From assembly GCF_910592395.1 (NCBI RefSeq), contig NC_088308.1:1612001-1676000 (forward strand): a stretch of DNA of 64,000 bases, read 5' to 3'. Of the stretch, positions 40,201-52,248 are shown piece by piece. The translations under genes and the position numbers were made by a program. The DNA comes from Lineus longissimus (taxonomy: Eukaryota). How positions within the stretch are numbered: position 1 is the first letter of the stretch; every line of letters starts with the position of its first letter. The notes under the pieces are model-generated. The model searched no databases, was not told where the DNA came from, and was given only the letters and a program-made list of their open reading frames with translations.

Positions 40201-43200
40201 CGCATCTTTCGAGATTCTGTGGCCTGTGAAACAATGTATGAATATTTGACAGGATAATCTATCATCTTGCAAGTTTGGTGACCTAAGTAGCATGCTCAAT
40301 GAACCTCGGCTCCACTTCAGGCAAAGCAATGTGGCTCTGTGAGTATGTAAGTTTGGGTTGGGTACCCTTTCTATCAACAAAGAGGATAGAAAGGCCTGTC
40401 TTCCGCCCTGTCATTTCACAATTTCATGGTCAATTCAAAGATATTTACCAAAACCTTGATCTTACCTGTAATTTCTGTTCTAATTTCTTTGTTTTGAGTT
40501 CCATATCAGCATGCATTGAAGCTAGGTTCAGTTGGCGTTGATGAGCTCGATTATCTTCCAGTTTGATATGAGTATCTTGTAAATGGCGACCTTCTTCACG
40601 AGCTTTTATTGCCATGTGAGCCTTTGTTAATGTCAGGTCGGCACTCAGCTTTCTTTTTGTTATGTCAGCACCTTTTACATCACCTTGGCTTTTTCTGAAA
40701 GGAATGGAAAAATGTCAACTAACGTCATACTCATACTCAACCTTCGACGCAAATACTTTTATCATATTTCAACAACCACATTCTCTGATACATGTACTGT
40801 TGTTGTATGTTGATTAATTTTTGGATCTTTGCACATTTTGGTGCAACACCATTGATATTTTAGACAGGAACCAACCAACACACCTGCACCCAGTTCTTGT
40901 GTCATATTCTATTGTGTGGAATTAGTTTATCTTCATCTGCTCATGTGTGAAGTTTAAATCAGAGAAAAGAAATAAGTTATCAATAAGGCTTTCTACTCAC
41001 AATAACTTGTTATTTAAGGCTGATTCATTGGCTTTGTCATCATCTATTTTTGCTTGGAGTTCTCTTCGTCTCTCCCTGAAAAAAATGATATAAAGTTTAA
41101 GGCCTGGGCCACGTTGCTCAGTCAGCATCAGAGACAAACACCAGTATTATAGTGCCTTCAGTAAACTTCTTTGTTGAATAGTCTAAAGCAGTATTGGGAC
41201 ATGTGCTTGTTCCAAATACATGAAATAATGATGGAGACCTTGCTCAACCACTGGCAGCTGTAAAGAGGACAGCTTCGAAGGACAACAGATGTATCACCAA
41301 AGCTGGTGTGACAATCAAGCGACATAAATCAGAAATAGGCTCCTTACTTTTCCCCATCCACTCTTGTCTGTCTTCCCTTCTGGGCCTCCATGTTGAGTGC
41401 TATGGCAAGTTCAGCTAGTTCTTGTTTTAATCGAAACTGCTCCTCCTGAAGAAACAAAAAGATTAAACATATTGAATCATGGTAAACTGGGCAAATACAT
41501 ACACAGACCTTTCACCCTCCCAAAATTTCACGTTTGCTGCCAAAAGTTTGTGGTTAATTAATCGGAGCTGAACCTTTTAGGGGGTCTAATGTTCGTGTTT
41601 GCCTCCCAAAGCCCAAAAATCATGAAAATAGAATGGTTTACATTACACGAGTTACAGTAAGGACATTCTCTAGAAAGACATTTGCAGTCATACAGCAGGT
41701 TGGTCCCTCCTGTATTCAACTGCACTCCTACTCACTTCTTTCATGCGTAAATGGGTCGTATACTCAGAGTTGATTCGACCCATTTCTATATCACGAAGAT
41801 CTAGCTCCTGCATTTTGCTTTTATAAGTTCTAGCAAGATCAGATCTGAAATCAGCAAGGTTTGTGTTAGGAGCAAAACTACAAGTGGAGTAGGCCAAGGT
41901 AAAAAGAGACATACTACAAACATACCTCCTTTAATCTTATTTTAGTCTCATAATCTCGTGACAGCCTGTCAACTTGAACGCTCTTTAGCTCTAACTCATC
42001 AAGTTTTGACTGATATTGCCGAGCTAAGTTTGATCTGGAAAAGAAACCAAGCAACACACTGGTTCAAAGGAGATCCGAAGTATAAGATTTGGGATCTTAT
42101 TCACAAAGTTCTGTAGGCCTATCGGATTGGTAAACAAACATTCTTCTGCTCATTGCCTTGTGAGAGTACAATCTTTGGCACAGAGATCTTCAGCCTCAAC
42201 GAGCCAAGTTAAGGAGAGGTTTGAAAGCCTTGTAGTCAAAGGAAACAAACCAGTCAATCGAGGACCACCTGAAATGCTATTGAACCTGTAAGAAGCATAA
42301 GGACACATACTGACATGGCCCTCTTCATAACATGTGGAATGGACTGGCCAGGGATCAAGCCCAACAACCTCAGTGTGCCACATGCCCAAATACCTGTCAT
42401 CTAATGTGTACTACTCTGATAGCTCGAAAAATACCTAATATACTTACGTGGCAAGTTTAACTTTCCTGTCCTTGTCTTTATTGGCATGCTCTAGATTCGA
42501 AACTTTTTCTGTCCTTTGTTTGGTTAACTGAAAGTAGACATAACCACATGGAATAATACTCTATATGACCGATCATCATACTTCATCTGTGTCAGTTCTG
42601 TGTTCTCTCCGGTGAGCAATTGTTGCATGCTCCTACAGTTAGGCATGAAGGGTCATCATCAACATCCACATTTTGGCCAAGTCTCTGGCGATATGCAGCA
42701 CCTTCCGTAGTCTGTAGCAGCATCTCATTGGCAGAGAATTAGTAAGAATACAACCAGGTCCCCTTCAAGATTTGGTGACTCTTCCAAAGAAGCGTTAGTA
42801 GCCTTACCTCCTCTTTATTATGCGTATAATCTCGCTGCAACCGTGTATATTTTTCAAGGCCGACACCTAGTTTTTTCTCCTCAGCAAATCTTTTCTTGTT
42901 AATTGCTGAAATAACAAGTTGGACAGTTATGGTATTATTATTAGGCCTACATCTTATCAGGAAGGAAAGCTGAACAAATATTGCTGTCTCTGCCACGGAG
43001 AGGTTCTATTCACAAAAACAAATTTGGCAACTATGGAAATTTCAAGTATTGTTACTGTGTAGAACTCTTTCTCTTCATACTAGAGTCCATTCTATTTCAA
43101 CTGTTTTACAAAATGACAATCCGACAGGATTATCCTTTGGCCTTACATTGTTCAAAACCCCTGACAGTCTGTCTGACTGCTCTCTGGTTTTTTACAATGT

Positions 43201-45565
43201 CTCCCTCTGCTCTCTTCAGCTCCCTTTCTTCCTGTTTATGTTGCCACATATGGTCCTGCAAAAAGAAGGCACAACAATAAAGGCTGCAGATAGAAACAAG
43301 TTTCACAACTCATTATGACCAATTCAATTGCACCTGCTTTATGACCACTGATAGCATTGTTGTTCATGGTTTGTCTGTTGTTTTTCTCACTCTTTCAAAA
43401 AACTTACCTCAATGCCTACTGATTTCAAACAACATCTTTTGATTACCCCTTGCTTAGGTCTACAGATCTCTATACCCCGAACAGCAAGGCCAATTACATG
43501 TAAGTTAACCCTCCTAATTGCCTCTTCTCAACAAACCTCAATAGTTTTGATCCTCTTCTCATAATTCTTCTTATCTTTCTCGACTTGTAAAGACAAATCG
43601 ATGACGGTTTTTGGTCGGCCATTTTCATCTTTTTGGGCTGAGCGTTCATACTTGGATGATGTAGTGTAAGTGTACTTTAGTTTGCTGTCAACAGATGCAC
43701 CTTGGCCAAACTTCTTCTCCTGTTCACTGTTATAGAAAATATAAATAATTCAAAGGACTTTACGACAGATGCGTTGTTTTATCAATCAGTATGCCAGGGG
43801 TAAAAACGTTTAACTGGGGTTGCAGACTCCATGGTGTAAAAAATTTGGGAAAGACTTCCGACAAAACAATAAACGATGAATTGCCTGCAAGTGCATGGCT
43901 ATGGACCATCAAGCTAACAAAAGTTACAACAGCCATCCATGCATTGGGCTGGAGGAAATTAAAGGCGCTGGTTATGATATTCAACTTCATGCATATGCAG
44001 TCCATCCTCAAGCCTAACTTTGTCAGCTATGTACCCGTAGTAGTAACTCAGGTGATAAAATCAATTCCATCAAAATACAGTTGTCCATGTAAGTGTGCCT
44101 TCAACATGTTCAATGATATTGCCATTCAAGCATTAACCAAGTTCTATTCAAAAATCAATATGATCATATGGTCCTTTTTTAATACTGGATAGACGGCCAT
44201 TGTGACACTCATAACTTTTATGTTGTGACAGTTCCTCTGTCAGGGGCTTTCAACTTAATGAATAGGATGGTCATAAAAGCTATCAATAAATAAACCCTAT
44301 AGGTATTGGTCTGTGTCAAGGGGTGTAATGGATATTTCAATTCATGTATATGAAAATTTGCGATCTATGTAGTAACTGCAGGGGAATCAATGCGATACCA
44401 GTACAATTCAAAGAAGGTTTTTACCCCGCCCCCTCCCCTAAAAAGAGAAATTTGAAGACCCTTCCAAAACCTTTAAAATTGAACAACACTGCCAACTGCA
44501 AATAAACTTGACCCAAGAAAATCTCGGCGAAGCAGCGAGGTGCATGTGCATGTGAACTCAACACGGTGATACCTGGGGCAAACAAGAGAAAACATGACAA
44601 AACCTTGGGAGGTGAAGTGAAGCAGTGAACTATTGGGAAGTTAGATTTGGAAGGGTAGTGGAATAGGATGAAAAAAGCGACAAAGCAAATCAAAATATGA
44701 AACCAGAAATGATAATATATGTTATGCTGTAACACTTGTCAATCGATCTCATTTAACACAGTCTTTTTCACTTACATATTATGGAGGTATTCATCGCTAA
44801 ATGAATAAAAGTCAGAATATGACTTGGAGAAAGTCTGGGGGGGGGGGGTCACACGTGCAAGGGAGTATGATGAAAGAAAATGACTACAAGCCATAATTCT
44901 AACATGCTCCTATTTTATGACTATGAGTGCTAAAACCATGTGACTGCTCTTGCTCAACCGTATTGGGTGCTTTAAAGTGCAGGTTAGCTTTGGAGGCAAC
45001 CAATACCACGCTGAAAAAAAAGGTTTTTAGTAACTTGTGCCTAGGCTCTACACATCGTATTATGATGAAATCATCTTCCAAGACTTACACTTTCTTAGAT
45101 GGTTTTTTGTTTTGATCCCTGAAATGTCATCCTCCAATGTTTAAATCAGGTAAAACAAGCAAGCATAGGGGCGAAACGATATCAATTTTTAGACATCAGA
45201 ATATCTGATGATAATGTTCATCATTTGTACATTTATAATTTTTCTTCCAATTTCATACATTTACTGTCTCTCAAATGTCACAGCAGACACTTCTGTTAGA
45301 GCAGGAATACAGATTCTATTACAGAACTGGTCATTTTCATTCAATCTTATCTCCTTAATCAGGACACCTCCCTACTGAGGACAGTGAGTTGCTGTTCCTA
45401 TAAAACCTCCATTGCTTACCGAAGGAATGCAGCATATTCCTTACTCTCGTTCCTCACATCTTCCTCATCTTTGCCCTCCGGTGGAGCGCTTCCCGGGCGT
45501 CTTATGATCTCATATCGACTCTGGATGATCGAGCGCCGATCAAAGGGGAGATCTGTAAGCACCAT
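31239..45565 (-). CDS. Uncharacterised coiled-coil protein (~571 aa), multi-exon, with one mutually exclusive exon pair
   Basis: Coding exons: 45565-45420 (ATG), 45118-45089, 44796-44776, 43726-43537, 43255-43147, 42905-42808, 42527-42448, [42034-41926 OR 41844-41736], 41445-41348, 41075-41001, 40694-40466, 40223-40068, 39660-39433, 31385-31239 (TAG). All introns are GT-AG and the path gives 1716 nt of open frame. The sequence is E/K/R/Q-rich and helical-looking. A probable 5'UTR exon ends at the donor at 46219. Confidence 0.85.
37254..37369. repeat. Intronic minisatellite, 29-bp unit x4
   Basis: AAGGCTTGCTCTTCACACCGCTCAAT(A/C)CC is repeated four times. Confidence 0.95.
37480..37700 (-). mobile_element. 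LINE reverse-transcriptase relic (L2/CR1-like)
   Basis: Translation YAQGQPNFPFYF...CGISSHCYIDDTILF resembles PQGS.LGP.LF...GI..HCYADDT.L. Confidence 0.5.
39790..39930 (-). mobile_element. tRNA-derived SINE-like element, related to the copy at 28.4 kb
   Basis: The minus strand reads TGGTGGCTCAA (A-box-like), CCTGGTTTGAACCCC (B-box-like) and GTATAAATGGGTACCAG. Confidence 0.5.
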
Positions 45566-46219
45566 CTTTGACTAGCCTGAAAATATGAACAATGCATTTT
45601 ATGATAAGTGTTGGACCTTATTCAAGAGACTGTCATGACTGTGTTTGAATGTCAGAAGGAAAGAAGAGGGGCAGGGTGATAATGATGGGAATACTGAAAG
45701 CAGGGTACTACACTACTGCCACTCTACTCCACCTGGTCCATAGACCAACATCTCCATGTTGATATTAATGCACATCACCTCCACTCACAGAAATCTCACC
45801 AGTAACATAAGGTGGCCGTGGCCTGCCCGAGGTCTACCTACAGTAATTATTGAGGTCAACAGGGAAACTCTAACCATAAACACACCATCAATTAAACTTC
45901 CATTGAAAGCTATGCCAACATCAGCCAATAACTGCAATGATCTTGAATGACTATGCTGTAAGTGTAGTGTAGGCCCAATTCAACAAATCGCCTACACACC
46001 ATACATGCCGCATGGGCCTTTGTTTACTTAGGCCTACTTACTACTTGGCTATGATAATTGAGTAGGCCTATGTAGCTAGCCTATAGTAAAAAAACTTGAC
46101 TGAAGCTGAACGACCTAGTGACAGCCTATTTTTCCAAACTGAACGTGCAAACTAAACAGACTACTGGTGATGATGCAGAGCAATTATATATGGACACCCC
46201 AACAGCCCCAGGACTTACC

Positions 46220-46640
46220 CAGACAACTCTGGAAAGATCTTTCTAAAACCTAATGAACAAGAGGGGAAAACGAAAACACCTCCATTTGTAAACGTCGTCC
46301 TGGTGATTTAATTGATACCCGTCCCCAGCGCGCACCTGTCAACCTGGCCCTAGGAATAATCAAATCCGTCGGTTTTCCGCAAGCCCGGTCGTTCAGCTTT
46401 TTGTATCAACCAAATCTTCGTGGTAACCGTATATTCTTCCGCGACAGTAAACATTATCATTTGCTATCAAATACAAAGTTAAACAAATAAAAAAGTACAC
46501 AAATCAACTTTTTTTAATGATATAAAGCCGAATTCGGAGGTTTATTGTGTTCAGCTTATTCTTTCTGCAGTGTTATTTATTACAAGATGTAGGAATAATA
46601 GTGTCATAAGTGTGTGCGTCGGTCCCATAGCAACGTAAAA
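46220..46640. promoter_or_regulatory. Putative bidirectional promoter with an RFX X-box-like site and forkhead-type motifs
   Basis: About 420 bp separate the first donor of the coiled-coil gene (46219) from the CFAP299 ATG (46641). GTCCCATAGCAAC at 46622-46634 is X-box-like. GTAAACA occurs at ~46447 and TAAACAAATAAA at ~46480. Confidence 0.55.
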
Positions 46641-48689
46641 ATGGAGGAGGAAGTGCCTGGTGGAAGTGACAATATTGTCACCGAATTCAACACATACGAA
46701 GACTTTTTAGACTCTCAAATAACGCCACTGGATCTCTACTATCTTGAGGTACCTAAACATGTCGAATATTTTGTTAATTTAGTCCGTTTATCAACCGAAA
46801 TCGGTCATGCAGAACAACCACAACAATCAAAAATCCGACAATCGATTCGATTCTCGAATCGAAAAATAAATGTAGCTTACACTACAGTACAGCAGCAATC
46901 CATTGGTTATACATTCGTGTTATGATATTCAGCAGTGAATCTGATTGTCAGATTAACAAATACTATCGACAATTACTATTGCCACTAAAGACAAGAAAGA
47001 TGTTAGCATGGTTAGTACACATCCAGAACACATGTCACAATACCAACCATGTTGGGTCTAACTCTTTCTTTATTTCCAGGATGAAGAACTGGCCAGGCAG
47101 TTGGTTGAGCTGGGATATCGTGGGAGTGGGGAAGTGTTGAAGAGAGAAGAGTTTGAGGCCAGAAAACAAGCTGCTGAAGCGAGTAGGCTTTCTAAGAGAA
47201 GTCAGCAAAAGTAAGTTTTCGACTGCTGCTCAAATGATGTTGTCGTTGGTGCAGAGGGTTAATGGCAAACCTAAGTCAGCTATCATCTATTGATATGAAT
47301 GATAATTGAGAGATGAACCTGAGACAAAAAGCTATAAAGTGGTCAACTCTGTTCTTTTTGCAGGACATTAGCCAGTTCAGGGAAAGAGTTGAAAGACCCC
47401 TTCCTCCGTTCGCTTGCACAGAGAGAGGAAGCCAACAGAAGTGGCAAAATGACGGTAAGTTGGTCTTCAATTAAAGTACGGTGAATTACCCTCACGTTTT
47501 GGTAAATGGCATACCAATTACCGTAACTCGGGGAGAAACAACTGAAAGTTAAAGAAGGGTTGTGATATTGATTTCTTGACATACCAGAGAGGACCTTTTG
47601 GCTTGAAGGGTGCCGTCACTATTCAGCCTCACCAATATTTTCATCATTGCATTTTTCAGACAATAATTTTCATCCGAGACAAGAATGCCAGGGGTCAGGA
47701 GATTTCAGGTTATATTGATTATGCACACAGACTCAAAACGGAAGACTTTGAGCCATATTTTGCTGGAAGGAAGAGACTACTGCCAAGACCATCAGATCTA
47801 AGGTAGGAGATTTATTCAAATATGATTTGCTTAGATGTTAGCATAAGACTGAGATGAGGCACTTCACTTGCTTACTTAATGGCAACATGATGACGTAAGC
47901 CATCAAAAGTGCAAGACATTGAGGCACTGTTGATCATTGTTTTGATACTATCTATCATTGAACAAGATCCTACTGTTATCATGGAGTAGTGTTTACCTAT
48001 TTTCGATTAAAATCAGACTCTACAGTTAAGCGCATTATCGTATCGGAGCTATCTGTAAAGAAGAAGAACAATCAGCAGTGAAGACAGATCTTTGCGTTCT
48101 TCTGGGTGGAAAAAGTAATCTTTGTCACACTTGCTTTTAGCTTCTACAATTGGGAAACCCAGACGTCTACGTCCAACCCCACTCCTAACTATCAAGTCAT
48201 TGCAGAAAATGCTTCAGGCCTTTTATTCAAAAACAAAAGAGACAGAAAGATACTCAATGTGGATCCAAAAGTAAGTGGAAATTATCTGTTTATCATGTTT
48301 TGAATCCCCTAGTTATCCAGGATCAGGCTGTGTGATTGATGTAAGACTAGCAACTCATAGAAAACACAACCTACTATAGAATATCATCCAGAAGCACAAG
48401 CTTTATTTGTCTCAAAGAGCTATTTGCAGAATTGTGTATGTTTCTTGATTGACTTTCTTTGGATCCTACACTCTACATTCATCCGAAATCTTAACCTGTG
48501 TGGTTGACTTTTCAAGTCTGTCCTCATAAGTGAACAGTCTAAGATATGAGTGAGGTACATGCGTTGATTGTGCTATTTTTCTATTTTCAGGCACCATCCC
48601 CAGGTGATAATTCAACAAGAACATCGTTAGAAACACCGCGATATGTTCAAGTTGTGATATACGACCATATCACACGTAGGAAAACATAA
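46641..48689 (+). CDS. CFAP299: Cilia- and flagella-associated protein 299 (C4orf22, DUF4464 family), 233 aa
   Basis: Exons 46641-46748, 47080-47210, 47364-47454, 47660-47802, 48141-48270 and 48591-48689 total 702 nt. Recognised motifs: [111 protein letters not shown]. Confidence 0.95.
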
Positions 48690-49149
48690 AAGACTCATGA
48701 AATTTTTGACTGTTAAGTTTGAATAAGGATGCGACATTTAGAATCTTAAGTAATGGGTTTGTTTTGGAAAATGTACAATAATGACCTGACACTCTTTTGA
48801 AAGTAAGTACCCGACATCTAAACCACTGATGCTCTATTTCTGAAAAAATCCTTGCAAAGAGCGTTCAGGCTACTCACTCTTATAGCAGAAACTTGTTTTG
48901 TTATCGTCCGTCCAGCTGGTGGCTTTTTTGTTGTGATAATTAAAGTGTATGCAAATTCTTGTTGTAATGTTGTAAATAGAGATGGATGTTGTACAGCAAT
49001 GACTAATAAAAAAATAGCATTATCTATGAAAGGTTTGTTGTCTCAATTGATCATTGGCGAGGACCTACTGGGATTGAGAAGGTTGTGACTTTGTCCTCAA
49101 GAGTTAAAATATGAAAGGAATCTCCTCTGTGCAGCTCAATAATTGGCCA

Positions 49150-50750
49150 TCTTCCAACGTCTTGAGCCTTCTCTGAACGTCATCAGTTGCCTCTGAATGC
49201 AAGGTCACCTCCCAACATTTCAAACCATCACTTTAGTGAATGTCATCGGTCGCCTCTGAAAGCCAATGTCTGTCTTCTCATGCATGCTTCCCAACCACTC
49301 CAAACACCCCTGAACGTCATCAGTCGCCCCTGAATGCGTTCAATGTCACCTCCCAGCATAAAGACATCAATGAACGCCTTCAGTCGCCTCTGAAGGCGAA
49401 AGTTCTTGGCTTCTGTTACCTTCCAACATCTCAAGCCGTCTCTGAACGTCAGTAGCTTCTGAATGCGAATGTCTCCTGTCAACTTCCAACATAAAGACAT
49501 CTCTGATCGTCTTCTATCACCTCTGATTGCGAATGTCATCTGCTGTCTTCAGTTATCTCAAGCCATCTCTGAACGTCTGTGACTTCTGTCGCCTCTGAAT
49601 GCGAATGTCTCCTGCTGTTGCCTGTCAACTCTTGAAATCTAAAGACATCTCTGAACGTCTTCATTCACCTCTGAATGCAAAGTGCTTGTTTCGACCCGTC
49701 ACCAAGAGCGTGAAGACGCGATAGTATCAAACAATTGCCGAACATCTCTGATCACAGAGGAAAGCAGAGGCCATTCACAGTCAGAGGCGACAGTAGAAGA
49801 GGTTCAGAGATGACTTGCGGTGTTCGGAATACAGAGAACAAGGCAATTAGCGTTTAGAGGCGACTGGTGATGTTCAGCGATAGCATTAGATGTTGAGAGG
49901 TAACAAAGGACCGTGAAGGGCATTCGCATAAAGAGGCGAGATCAGAGGTTTCGTTACGGGGTGACAGATGACAGTAGGCCGAGAGGGCATTCATAGTCAG
50001 AGGAATAGAAGACTTACTTGTGACTTAAGATGATAGGAGATGACAGACGGCAGCAGAGGACATTTGCTTTTAGAAGACATTTAGGGACAGTTTGAGGTGT
50101 TGGGAGACGGCTGAATTGAAGACAACAGAGGACATTCGCATTCAGTGGCGACACAAGGCAAGAGACGGGTTGAGATGAGCGAGACGACAGAAAACAGTGC
50201 AGGGCATTCGTATTCATACGACGTTCACGGTGATGGCTCGAGGTATCAGGAGACGGCAGAAGACAGCGGAGGTCATTCGCATTCTGAAGACTTTCAGAGA
50301 CTGCTTCAGATGTTGAGAGACAGCTGGGTGGGGTGACATTATGATAGAAGGGCGAATCCTCTCTGCTGTCTTCTGCCACATCACAACCTCTCAAGCCGTC
50401 CTTTTCAATTTGTTGGGTGAATACAACAGACAAAGATAATCGTATTGAGTTGTGACTGAAGACATTCAGAGATGGTTTGGAATGTAGAAAGACGATAGAA
50501 GGCAAGAACATTCGCATTGAGTTGTGACATAAGACGTTCAGAGAAAGGCGAACATGTTGGAATACGACAGAACACAAGGACATCAGACATAAGAGGTTCA
50601 GTGATGACGGCTTCATTATGATTTGAGGCGGTAGGAGACGAAAGCAGCAGGGATTTTCGCATTCATTGGCGACAGAATACGTTCAGAGACGGCTTGAGAT
50701 GTTGAGAGGCGATAGAGGACAGTAGAGGGCACTCGCATTTTAGAGGACAT
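49150..50750. repeat. Degenerate ~55-70 bp tandem repeat array with inverted blocks
   Basis: A unit resembling CAACATCTCAAGCCGTCTCTGAACGTC..TCGCCTCTGAATGCGAATGT repeats forward at ~49150-49685. It appears reverse-complemented (ACATTCGCATTCAGAGGCGAC, GTTCAGAGA) at ~49770-50335 and ~50420-50750, with a short forward piece at ~50350-50400. Confidence 0.85.
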
Positions 50751-52248
50751 CCCTGTCCATACTATGAAAACCGTTACACCGACCGGCGGTGTTCTTAAGT
50801 GCTCAGATGGCAGCACTTTTGCTTATAGAACTTCGTGCCATTGAATTTCACGATGTGCTCACTGTTGGCTCGAGATGCCGGTGTTTCTGGTTTTGGCCGT
50901 TCCCTCATCTTTCAGTGTTTCCATAATACATACAGTTAGAGAAACTACGACTTTTCCAATAAATGGGGGAGACTAGAGAAAGGTGTGCGAATCTGTCTTT
51001 CAGCGGTCCACCTTTTGGCAATGAAGTCCCTCCATAAAACACTCAATGCGACGGTATAGAGGGCAGTTGATACACAAAACTAAGATGAACGCTGTGCTTA
51101 TACTTGTTAAAAAACATTTATAGCAAAATTAGAAAAAGTACAATTTACATGGTGTATACAAAATTCGTCGGGTTTAATACAACCATCACCGTGTATAATC
51201 ACTAATGATGTTCCTGGACTAACGTGTTATGACATTCATTTGACTTTAACAGAATTAAAACATTGTAACGAACACAACAGAGAACTAATAAGGTCTACAA
51301 ATCTAAAACGTTCAAATTATCTAAAGTAAATTTAACATAAACATATAAACAGTCAAGATTTATTTCGATTTCATCTCAATGAAGAACGGTTACTCTAAGG
51401 TCAGTCGGGTTTACAGAAGGGAAAAAACTTCCAGGACCCCTGATTACAGTTTTGCCCCAGACTCGACAATACTCAAATGTCTACTTAGCTTCAGACTTCT
51501 GCATAGAAGATTTAAACCGAGGAGAACCTTATCATGTCGTTCTCCATAACTAAGCAGACATAACTTGGAACCAGGCACGAGGCCTCTGCTATGCGAGTAT
51601 AAAACGATATATATATAACAGCCAATGTAGTCGTCGTGTCTCCTCCTGTTTCACCGAAGACAACGTAGGCGTAACAGTAATAGGAGTTATAGTCCATCGC
51701 TGTACGTGATACGGTGCAGTGCATACTGTGAAATCAATCCGCAGCCGTGCAAACTTTCTACCACATTGCAGCCGATGACAGATCTGTAATATAGCAATCG
51801 GATAACATTGTTCTAATATATATCTCAGAAGCCATGGGAACTGACGAGGTTAAATCTTAACGAATTGAGTGGGGATAACATGGCGCCTGCAGCAACCTTT
51901 TTCTCAGGGCATTTTTCAAAATTTAACAATAAATGAATTAGGGAGGTTAAAATAAGCCCTTGTCCCAAGAACGGGAACGATGTGAGTACGGATTCGGTAT
52001 TGGAAACCGCGACACTCATTTGCCATTTGAGGTCAATAGAGAGGTTCAGATTTTGACGAGAACGAGGCAGTCGGAATCAGGCCGTCGAAAAACAATGGAT
52101 CAGCGAAGGCTTCCGAGCTTCTGAAAAACTATCCTGATGTGGATTTCGCTTCTCTGGCACTCACAGAAACGTATGTGAGAGCTGGAGAAGCGAACGTTAA
52201 TCCCTGATTTTCTCAGGAGGCGCGCTGAGGGTTTTTCTGAAGCTCCAT

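Noticed and set aside
50014..50616. 200-aa ORF on the minus strand, plus neighbouring ORFs at 49240-50816
   Set aside because: It lies wholly within the degenerate repeat array, and the same peptide motif appears on both strands. I recognise no domain.
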